This document shows positions 48,701 through 55,327 of a DNA stretch of 55,327 bases, in pieces. The notes under the pieces are model-generated. The model worked only from the letters and a program-made list of their open reading frames with translations, had not been told where the DNA came from and did no database searches. This stretch comes from Acidobacteriota bacterium. Lineage in GTDB: Bacteria; Acidobacteriota; Terriglobia; Versatilivoradales; Versatilivoraceae. How positions within the stretch are numbered: position 1 is the first letter of the stretch; each line of letters starts with the position of its first letter. Where the stretch lies: NCBI GenBank assembly GCA_009841055.1, contig VXMN01000112.1:1-55327 (forward strand), in the 5' to 3' direction. Both the position numbers and the translations under genes were made by a program.

Positions 48701-49234
48701 ACGTCCACCAAGGTCGAGGGCATCAACGAGCTGGAAACCAGTCAGGAAGTCCACCTCGGAGCCATGATCGGCTCCCTGAGGGTATTGAGGACACGGAAGG
48801 GCGATCGGATGGCTACCCTTTCCCTGGAGGACCTCAGCGGCTCGGTCGACGCCGTCGTCTTTCCGGACCTCTTCAAACGCTGCGAGTCGCTGATGGAATC
48901 GGAGGCGGCGGTACTGGTCCGGGGCATCCTCGAGCTGGAAGATTCCGGAAATCGCAAGGTGATCGTCCGAGAGATCCAGCCCATCGATGATCCGCAAGCG
49001 GCCCCGCCGGTGACCATTTACGTCAAGCTGGAGACCATGGCCCAGGATCTGCCCGTCAAGCTACGGTCAATCATGGAGGAAAACCCGGGCGACAGCCGTG
49101 TCAGCTTTCAACTTGAACACCCTCAATCCTATCTGATAACCTTGCAATCAAGGGACTTAGGTCGGGTGAAGGTCGACGGGCGGTTCGTCCGGCTGGTAGA
49201 AACCCTTTGCGGGGCGGGTTCGGTTCGCCGCTAA
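45761..49234 (+). CDS. dnaE: DNA polymerase III alpha subunit
   Basis: ORF 45740..49234 (TTG) trimmed to ATG 45761. PHP domain FVHLHLHTDFSLLDG; motifs GPGRGSAAGS, DIDIDF and FNKAHSAAY. Confidence 0.96.
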   Translation: MSSEDFVHLHLHTDFSLLDGACAAEPLMKRLSELEMPAAAITDHGNLFGAMSFHKAAHKHGIKPIIGCEVYVARGAAGERAGGDKSNHHLVLLCENATGYRNLVKLVSHGFLQGFYYKPRIDKELLSRHQEGLICLSACLSGEVCSNLAEGHYDQARQVAGEFQDIFGKDRYFIELQDQGLEVEQRINPELVRLAKSLDIPIVATNDCHYVTQQDSRPHEVLLCIQTGKTMSDRNRMRFATDQFYVKSAREMADLFRDHPQAIRQTLAIAERCQFQFEEADQTFPHFEVPGEKSLDEYFEQVCWEGFEARAPYWNSLQARGELKLPPEAYEERLKHEIGIIKEMRYPSYFLIVWDFMRYARQQRIPVGPGRGSAAGSLASYCLKITDIDPLQHGLLFERFLNPERISLPDIDIDFCTNRRQEVINYVTRKYGRDNVCQIVTFGTMAAKAAVKDVGRGLDMPYAEVDRIAKLIPAEIGMKLAKALETTPALRSMIAKDERVRELFDIAMRLEGMARHASTHAAGVVISPVPLTEIVPLYKSNKDEITTQYAMDYLEEIGLLKMDFLALTTLTVLDQAVKLIRQTTDKEVDLATLPINDGKTYEMFSKGLSNGIFQFESAGMKDILRRFKPEKLEDLTALNALYRPGPLGGGMIDDFIKRKHGRKKVAYDLPELREILEETLGVILYQEQVQQIANKLAGYSLAEGDLLRRAMGKKKQEEMEAQREKFVAGAQARGFDARKTARIFDLMVKFAGYGFNKAHSAAYAILAYQTGYLKANYPVCFMSALLTSEINNSDKIVKYINECRDLGIRILPPDVNVSDLHFTPSGPEIRFGLAAIKNVGTNAIASILEARKRVSRFGSLFEFCEEIDLRVVNKRVVESLIKAGALDSLGGHRSQLLASLDRAIDSGQRIQRDRESGQRGLFAGFNGAPSSDDRALQLARELPDTAEWPQTLVLANEKEALGFYITGHPLEKFVKQIEQVTSTKVEGINELETSQEVHLGAMIGSLRVLRTRKGDRMATLSLEDLSGSVDAVVFPDLFKRCESLMESEAAVLVRGILELEDSGNRKVIVREIQPIDDPQAAPPVTIYVKLETMAQDLPVKLRSIMEENPGDSRVSFQLEHPQSYLITLQSRDLGRVKVDGRFVRLVETLCGAGSVRR

Positions 49235-49258
49235 TTTCCGGTGGAACCGGAGTCCACC

Positions 49259-50245
49259 ATGGCCAATGACACCGCAAATCAGCGCCATGAGGTCGAGCGC
49301 CTCCAACGGCGGATCCAGGATCTCTCTCGCCAACCTTCATCCGACGGCACCGCCAAAGACCTGGAGGCCCTTCGCCGGCGTCTTGATGGCTTGCGCGGGG
49401 AATCTTCGACAGAACTGACCTCCTGGCATCGCGTCCAACTCTCCCGCCACCCCCGGCGACCCCACGTCCAGGACTTCATCGAACTTGTTTTCAGCGATTT
49501 TGCACCGCTGCACGGTGATCGCCGTTTTGCCGACGACCCCGCCATGATCGGCGGCATGGCGCGATTCCACGGGGACCCCTGCATGGTTCTGGGGACCCAG
49601 AAGGGGCGGAACACCGAGCAGAAGCTGTTCCGCAACTTCGGAATGCCCAAGCCGGAGGGCTACCGCAAGGCCTTGCGCCTGATGCAGTTGGCCCAAAAGT
49701 TCGACCGCCCCATCTTCATCTTCATCGACACGGCGGGAGCCTACCCCGGCATCGGAGCGGAGGAGCGGGGACAGGCCGAAGCGATCGCTCAGAATCTGCG
49801 GGAGATGGCCCGTCTGACGGTGCCGGTCCTGGTCACCATTACCGGGGAGGGCGGCAGCGGGGGAGCCCTGGGAATCGGGATCGGGGACCGCGTCTACATG
49901 CTGGAACACGCCTACTACTCGGTGATCTCCCCCGAAGGATGCGCCGCCATTCTCTGGAAGGACCAGTCGCGTGTTGAAGAGGCGGCCAATGCATTGAAAA
50001 TCACCTCGAGCCATCTGAAGCGCCTGGGCATCGTGGACGAGGTGATCCCCGAGCCCGAGGGCGGCGCCCACAACGACCCCGAACAGACGGCCGCTTCGGT
50101 GGACCGGCAGTTGAAAGAGGGCCTGAAGGCGTTGAAGTCGCTCTCCACCGAGCAACTGGTGCTTCAGCGAAGCCGTCGCTTCCGTGTGCTGGGAGATGCC
50201 CCTCCCCTTACCGACCCAACGCCCGACTCCGATAGCCAACCATGA
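49259..50245 (+). CDS. accA: Acetyl-CoA carboxylase carboxyltransferase alpha subunit
   Basis: ORF 49241..50245 trimmed to ATG 49259. Motifs IFIFIDTAGAYPG, AEERGQAEAIA and GEGGSGGALG are present. Confidence 0.94.
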   Translation: MANDTANQRHEVERLQRRIQDLSRQPSSDGTAKDLEALRRRLDGLRGESSTELTSWHRVQLSRHPRRPHVQDFIELVFSDFAPLHGDRRFADDPAMIGGMARFHGDPCMVLGTQKGRNTEQKLFRNFGMPKPEGYRKALRLMQLAQKFDRPIFIFIDTAGAYPGIGAEERGQAEAIAQNLREMARLTVPVLVTITGEGGSGGALGIGIGDRVYMLEHAYYSVISPEGCAAILWKDQSRVEEAANALKITSSHLKRLGIVDEVIPEPEGGAHNDPEQTAASVDRQLKEGLKALKSLSTEQLVLQRSRRFRVLGDAPPLTDPTPDSDSQP

Positions 50246-50439
50246 AAGCCGGCCTCAAGAAACTGCGCAGCTGCGCCTTTTCCAGGGAGCGAGCTCCCAA
50301 GGAGTTCTTCGGGGCCCGGACCCAGTACAACCGCAGACTGGTGTGCGACCACCCGGAAATGAAAGCGAACTGGCGCGAAGCAACCTGCGCGGATTGCACC
50401 AGCTACCGCAATCGCAATCAGGAAGACGACTCGGCCTGA
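50242..50439 (+). CDS. Small basic four-Cys hypothetical protein (65 aa)
   Basis: The ATG overlaps the accA stop (ATGA). By hand count, about 78% of codons end in G/C, similar to neighbouring real genes. It has a CxxC (CADC) plus two more Cys. No family recognised. Confidence 0.4.
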   Translation: MKAGLKKLRSCAFSRERAPKEFFGARTQYNRRLVCDHPEMKANWREATCADCTSYRNRNQEDDSA

Positions 50440-50453
50440 ACCACCAGACAGAT

Positions 50454-53174
50454 TCAGAAGGAGAGGGACTCCTTTGAGATCCTGAACCGGCTGACGAGGG
50501 TTTCCGAACAACCCAGCACCCCTGCCAGGAAGTCCTTGACCCTCATCACGGAGCCCGTATCCGGATTGAGGGAAAGTGTGAAGCTCAAGGCAAGCGGCTC
50601 CTCGCGAATCACCCTCAACTCCGCAATTCTCTCGTGCTCGGGGGAATTGCAATAGAAGGCGTTCCCGCGATCGTGATCGGCCAGGTGGCTGATCAGGTCG
50701 TAGACGCGGCCGGTGAGATCGGCGACCTCGGTTGAAGCCGGCGAGGCGGCCTGATCGGGCAGCCAGGCCCGGTAGGCAGCCTGCAGGGGGCGCGTCATCC
50801 GCACCTTTTTGCCCGCCTCCACCGCCTTGACGGTGTAGACCTGGAGACCTTCGATCAGGCAGTCGTTGAGTTGATCGGCCAGGGATCCGGACAACTCGCC
50901 AAAGGCTTCAAACTGAAGATACTCCGACCGGCTGGACATCCCCAGAGGAATGGCCGGGGAGGCCGTGAATTTCGGCCGGGGGTTGAACCCTTCGGTGAAC
51001 TTCAAGCGCACGTCGCAGCGAATCAAGGCACGCTCCAGCAGCTTGAGCACGTTGAGATGCGACAGCAGCCTTGCCGGGCCTTCCTTGCCATAGTGGACCA
51101 GGTAGGAACGGGAGGGCATTCTTTCCGTGGACGGAGCCAGTGCCGCCACTCCGGATTGCTGCTCGTGCTTTCCGGTCGTGGAGGCCGTTGCATCCGCAGG
51201 AAGGGTGATCTGGACCAGCGGTTCCTGTGACTGGACGTCCCGATCCGGGGCCGGATCGGAGCTTGCCGGGTTTCCAGCGGGCCCGCCGATCCCATCTGTC
51301 CGGGGCCAGTGGACATCCACCGGCTTCTCCTCTTCCGCGGGAATACCGGCCAGCTTGATATCCTCATAGTTTCCCGGGATGCCGCAGCCCCTGCAGTCTC
51401 CCCACTTGCAATCATAGGTCTGTATCTTGCGATAGGATCGCTCCCGCTCGGTCAACAGGAACCGCTTGGAGACTCCGATATCGATAAAGTCCCAGGGCAG
51501 CACTTCATTCAAGGCGATATCGCGGTTGTAGAAGTGAGGATCGACGCCGGTTTCCTCGAAAGCTCTCATCCAGAGCCGGTAGTTGAAGGTTTCGTCCCAG
51601 CCGTCGAAACGGCAACCCAGCCGGTAGGCCCGTATCAGAGCTTGTCCCACCTTTCGGTCTCCCCGGGAGAGAACACCCTCGATGAAACATTCGGCCGGGT
51701 CATGCCATTTGAGCCGGGCGAAAGGAAACCGCACCTTGGCTTTCAGGTAATCCAGGCGCTGGGTGGTCACCTTCAGGTCTTCAAAGCGATCCCATTGAAA
51801 CGGGGTGAACGCCTTGGGAACAAAGGTGCCGATGCTGGCGTTCACCTTGCGGGGCCCTTTGAACCGCTTTCCGATCCCGCCGATCTGGCGAATCAGATCC
51901 ACCGTCTCGCGGATATCGGCCTCGGTTTCGCTGGGCAAACCGATCATGAAGTAGAGCTTGATCAGGTTCCAACCTTGCCTGTAGGCCGTCTCGATGGCCT
52001 GGAACAGTTCTTCGTTGCTGATGTTCTTGTTTACGAACTGTCGTAAGCGAACACTCCCGGCTTCGGGGGCAAAGGTAAACCCGTTCTTTCTGACCTCTCC
52101 GACGTTCTCGGCCAGCGAGACGGAAAAGGCGTCGGCTCTCAGCGATGGAAGCGAGATGGAGACCTTGTCCCGGGAGAGCGTACGAGACAGTTCCTGCGTC
52201 AGACACTCCACCTGGCTGTAGTCGGCCGTCGAAAGCGAGAGCAGTCCAACCTCGCGGTTCCCGGTGTTTTTCAGCGTCTCCGAAGTCAGCCGCATCACGT
52301 CGTTGACTTCCAGTTCCCGGGTAGGGCGGTACCAGTAGCCCGCCTGGCAGAAGCGGCATCCCTGGGTACACCCCCGCATCACCTCGACGCTTACGCGATC
52401 CTGAATGGCGTCGATCACCGGTACCACCGGCCTGGTCGGGTAGAAGTCGGGCGACAATGCCTCCACCCAGCGTCTCTGCACCAGCGTGCGGGGTTTCCCG
52501 GGGTTCGGCTCCACCGTCCAGGGGGTTTCGGGTTGGTGCACCTGCGGCACATAGACGCCTCGCAGGGTCGCCAGTTGCTCCAGGGTCTGCCGGCGGCGCA
52601 TTCCGTTGAGCTTGGCCTCCCGGCAGAGATCCACCAACTCGAGGACAACCTCTTCCCCGTCCCCGATAACGAAGAAGTCCACCAGGTCGGCCAGGGGTTC
52701 CGGGTTGGAGGTACAGGGCCCGCCCGCACAGATCAGCGGGTCCCCTTCGCCTCGGTCTTCCGAGCGCAGGGGAACTCCGGCGAGATCCAGCATGTAGGGG
52801 ACGTTGATGTAGGTCAGCTCGGACTGGAGAGAAAACCCCACCAGGTCGAAGCGGTCGATCGGCGTCTTGGTTTCGAGACTCAACAACGGCAAACCCTCGG
52901 CTTGCATCAGGTCGGCCATATCGACCCAGGGCGCAAAGACCCGCTCGGCGTAGACATCCTCGATACCGTTCAGCAGGTGGTACAACATCCGCAAGCCGTT
53001 GTGAGACATTCCGATTTCATAAACGTCCGGAAAGGCGAGGGCGAAACGGACCTGTACCGTCTCCGGATCCTTGCGAACCATGTTGGGCTCACCGCCGATA
53101 TAACGGCCCGGCTTGGAGGCTCGCTCCAGAATGGAGAAGTACTGCTCCTCGAAGGTGGCCGATGCGATTGCCAT
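50454..53174 (-). CDS. Fused B12-binding-domain radical SAM protein (TIGR03960-like) plus radical-SAM-associated DUF2344/TIGR03936-like domain
   Basis: 906-aa ORF with the radical SAM cluster motif RGCTQGCRFCQAG, a low-complexity Pro/Ser/Ala linker around residues 610-680, and then a DUF2344-like C-terminal part (HLNVLKLLERALIRC...FTEGFNPRPK). Confidence 0.85.
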   Translation of the reverse strand: MAIASATFEEQYFSILERASKPGRYIGGEPNMVRKDPETVQVRFALAFPDVYEIGMSHNGLRMLYHLLNGIEDVYAERVFAPWVDMADLMQAEGLPLLSLETKTPIDRFDLVGFSLQSELTYINVPYMLDLAGVPLRSEDRGEGDPLICAGGPCTSNPEPLADLVDFFVIGDGEEVVLELVDLCREAKLNGMRRRQTLEQLATLRGVYVPQVHQPETPWTVEPNPGKPRTLVQRRWVEALSPDFYPTRPVVPVIDAIQDRVSVEVMRGCTQGCRFCQAGYWYRPTRELEVNDVMRLTSETLKNTGNREVGLLSLSTADYSQVECLTQELSRTLSRDKVSISLPSLRADAFSVSLAENVGEVRKNGFTFAPEAGSVRLRQFVNKNISNEELFQAIETAYRQGWNLIKLYFMIGLPSETEADIRETVDLIRQIGGIGKRFKGPRKVNASIGTFVPKAFTPFQWDRFEDLKVTTQRLDYLKAKVRFPFARLKWHDPAECFIEGVLSRGDRKVGQALIRAYRLGCRFDGWDETFNYRLWMRAFEETGVDPHFYNRDIALNEVLPWDFIDIGVSKRFLLTERERSYRKIQTYDCKWGDCRGCGIPGNYEDIKLAGIPAEEEKPVDVHWPRTDGIGGPAGNPASSDPAPDRDVQSQEPLVQITLPADATASTTGKHEQQSGVAALAPSTERMPSRSYLVHYGKEGPARLLSHLNVLKLLERALIRCDVRLKFTEGFNPRPKFTASPAIPLGMSSRSEYLQFEAFGELSGSLADQLNDCLIEGLQVYTVKAVEAGKKVRMTRPLQAAYRAWLPDQAASPASTEVADLTGRVYDLISHLADHDRGNAFYCNSPEHERIAELRVIREEPLALSFTLSLNPDTGSVMRVKDFLAGVLGCSETLVSRFRISKESLSF

Positions 53175-53417
53175 GGCAACTCTCCGTCAGAAGGTCGATG
53201 ATCTCGCCGCCATTATACGCCAAACCCTGCCGAATCGCCTCGGGGGGCCGGGAAAACCGACTCGACCAGGTCACCTGCCAGACTGACGGACCCGGTCCAA
53301 CGGTGACGACGCATTTCAAAAGGGATGTCTATGGGAATCCAGGATTGTTACAATGTTGTCAACGTTCGCACCATCATTTCTGGAGCTTCTTGCAAAGGGC
53401 TTTCCGGAGAATGCCTC

Positions 53418-54710
53418 ATGAAATCAATCAATCGGCGCACCTTTCTGATGACGTCTCTGGCGGCGGCCGGTTCCGGGCTGGCCCGGGCTTCCGCCCCCCT
53501 GGGAGCCAACAGCCGAATTCGGGTGGCGGTGGTGGGCTTGCGCGGCCGTGGGGCGGGTCACATTCGGGATTTCGCCCAACTGCGGAGCCACAACCTGGAG
53601 GTGGCGGCCCTGTGCGACGTGGACGAAAACATCCTGAATCAGCGTGCGGCCGAAGCGGAAAAGCTGACCGGCAAGAAGCCTCAATCCTTCATCGACGTGC
53701 GTCGACTTCTGGAAGACAAGGAAATCGACGTGGTTTCGTTTGCAACTCCCAACCACTGGCACGCCCTGAATACCATCTGGGCCTGCCAGGCCGGCAAGGA
53801 TGTCTACGTGGAAAAGCCCAGCTCTCACGGCATTTGGGAGGGACGAAAGATGGTGGAGGCGGCTCGCAAGTATGGCCGTATCGTTCAGGTCGGCTATCAG
53901 AACCGCAGCAGCCCGGCGCTCCAGGAAGCCATGGAGAAGATCCGCGAGGGCCTGATCGGGGAGGTCTACATGGCGAGAGGGCTCTGCTACAAGTGGCGGA
54001 AGAGCATCGGGAGGGCCAAAGTGGAACCCGTTCCGCCGGGGGTCCATTACGATCTATGGATCGGGCCGGCCCCAAGTCGCCCCTTCACGCGAAACCGCTT
54101 CCACTACGAATGGCATTGGCAGTGGGAGTACGGCAACGGAGATATCGGAAACCAGGGTCCCCACCAGATGGACCTGGCCCGCTGGGGTCTTGGCGTGGGG
54201 CTTCCGCGGAAGGTGCAGTGCATGGGGGGGCACTTTCTCTTCGACGACGACCAGGAAACTCCCAACGTCCAGATGGCCAGCTTCGAATATCCCGACCAGA
54301 AGAAGCTGTTGACGTTCGAAGTCAGGCACTGGATCACAAACTCGGAAGGCGACAGCCAGATCGGGGCCTTTATCTACGGCTCCGAGGGATATGTCGAGAT
54401 ATCCAAATACCATGCCTATCGAACCTTCCTGGGAAGAAAACGCGAACCCGGACCGGCCCGCGAAGAGGTTGGCAACCACTATGTGAATTTCATTGAAGCG
54501 GTGAGATCCCGCAAGCCCCAACATCTGAACTCCGAGATCGAGGAGGGACACATCTCGTCTTCATTGGCGCACCTGGCCAACATTGCCTATCGCACCGGCC
54601 GAACCTTGAATTTCGATCCGCAACATGAGCGATTCGCCGGCGACCCGGAAGCCAATCAATATCTGAAGCGTTCCTATCGTCCGCCCTATATCGTCCCGGA
54701 AAAAGTCTGA
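53418..54710 (+). CDS. Gfo/Idh/MocA-family oxidoreductase with a twin-arginine signal
   Basis: ORF 53325..54710 trimmed to ATG 53418. Tat motif MKSINRRTFLMTSLAAAGSGLARASA; Rossmann segment IRVAVVGLRGRG; EKP motif VYVEKP. Confidence 0.9.
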   Translation: MKSINRRTFLMTSLAAAGSGLARASAPLGANSRIRVAVVGLRGRGAGHIRDFAQLRSHNLEVAALCDVDENILNQRAAEAEKLTGKKPQSFIDVRRLLEDKEIDVVSFATPNHWHALNTIWACQAGKDVYVEKPSSHGIWEGRKMVEAARKYGRIVQVGYQNRSSPALQEAMEKIREGLIGEVYMARGLCYKWRKSIGRAKVEPVPPGVHYDLWIGPAPSRPFTRNRFHYEWHWQWEYGNGDIGNQGPHQMDLARWGLGVGLPRKVQCMGGHFLFDDDQETPNVQMASFEYPDQKKLLTFEVRHWITNSEGDSQIGAFIYGSEGYVEISKYHAYRTFLGRKREPGPAREEVGNHYVNFIEAVRSRKPQHLNSEIEEGHISSSLAHLANIAYRTGRTLNFDPQHERFAGDPEANQYLKRSYRPPYIVPEKV

Positions 54711-54733
54711 CGGGAGAACTCGAAGACTGCCGA

Positions 54734-55237
54734 CTACCCGCCGCAGCGGACCGTGTTCCCGGAGATCACCTCCAGGGCATGGGGCAGCACGGCGCGCAAG
54801 GCATCCAGGGACTCCCGAACCCCCTTGACGCTGCCGGGCAGGTTGACGATGAGAGTCCTGCCGCGCACGCCGACCAGGGCGCGAGAGAGAGCCGCCCTGG
54901 GAGTCTTCCTGATCCCCTCCGACCGCATCAACTGGGCCAGTCCGGGAACCTCCCTCTCGATGATACCGGCCGTGGCCTCGGGAGTGACGTCTCTGGGCGC
55001 CAGGCCGGTTCCCCCGGTGGTCACCACCAGTTCGGCCTTCTGAACCTCGCAGCCCTGCAACAGGCACTCTCTGATGGTTTCCAGCTCGTCCGGGACCACG
55101 GCGCGGTCCAGAACCTCACAACCCAGCGCCTCCAGGGCTTCGCAGGCGGCAGGACCGGAAAGATCCTCACGCTCCCCGCGCGATGTGGAGTCGCTGACGG
55201 TCACTACCAGCGCCCTCGGTTTGGCAAGAGGTTTCAT
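54734..55237 (-). CDS. mog: MogA/MoaB-family molybdenum cofactor biosynthesis protein
   Basis: 167-aa ORF with VVTVSDS, the VVTTGGTGLAPRDVTPEA core and NLPGS. Confidence 0.9.
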   Translation of the reverse strand: MKPLAKPRALVVTVSDSTSRGEREDLSGPAACEALEALGCEVLDRAVVPDELETIRECLLQGCEVQKAELVVTTGGTGLAPRDVTPEATAGIIEREVPGLAQLMRSEGIRKTPRAALSRALVGVRGRTLIVNLPGSVKGVRESLDALRAVLPHALEVISGNTVRCGG

Positions 55238-55293
55238 TTTCCAGTGGCTCCCTTCAAGGCAACCTTATTTGAAACAAGAGAAAAAAGAGTTAT

Positions 55294-55327
55294 CCACGAA
55301 GACACACGAAGGACCACGAAGGGACAC
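55294..55327. repeat. ACGAAG-rich short tandem motif at the window edge, related to the core of the 41.1-kb palindromic element
   Basis: ccacgaagacacacgaaggaccacgaagggacac compares with cgacgaaggacacgaagcgg at 41229-41248. It is truncated by the end of the window. Confidence 0.5.

Noticed and set aside
1-55327. Search for CRISPR arrays, tRNA/rRNA genes, reverse transcriptase (YxDD), integrase or transposase signatures.
   Set aside because: I found no regularly spaced direct repeats, no T-loop-containing cloverleaf candidates in intergenic regions, and no such motifs in any six-frame ORF. This was by-eye scanning only, so small RNAs could be missed.

Overview
This is a 55.3-kb, densely coding, high-GC bacterial chromosomal segment. 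Hand counts of single 60-nt lines in ordinary genes gave about 57-67% GC. I cannot place it taxonomically from sequence alone. Most of it is housekeeping: purS-purQ-purL and purB, rlmN, frdABCD, the rplU-rpmA-obg-nadD-rsfS-rlmH-dksA-comF block, ldcA-mpl, sucCD-ndk, xseAB, tlyA, guaA, dnaE, accA and mogA. I recognised no rRNA, tRNA, CRISPR array, transposase, integrase or reverse transcriptase. The stand-out region is about 14.8-21.5 kb, a GC-richer insert between a deoxyribosyltransferase-like gene and frdA. It holds a tightly coupled three-gene operon (polytopic membrane protein, MotA/TolQ/ExbB-type proton channel, DUF2149-like ExbD analogue). This operon converges on a 1350-aa CobN/BchH-family chelatase that, unusually, has an N-terminal signal peptide and a PEP-CTERM-like C-terminal anchor. 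Both transcription units are preceded, in the same relative orientation, by an 84%-identical 44-nt element. I read this as an uncharacterised, proton-motive-force-coupled extracytoplasmic chelatase or metal/tetrapyrrole acquisition module. Secondary points of interest are an orphan ABC/SMC-type (OLD/AriA-like) ATPase, a VapBC pair next to a secreted BsuPI-domain protein, a fused TIGR03960/TIGR03936-type radical SAM protein, and three kinds of intergenic palindromic repeat elements. All family assignments come from reading the translations, with no database search run.
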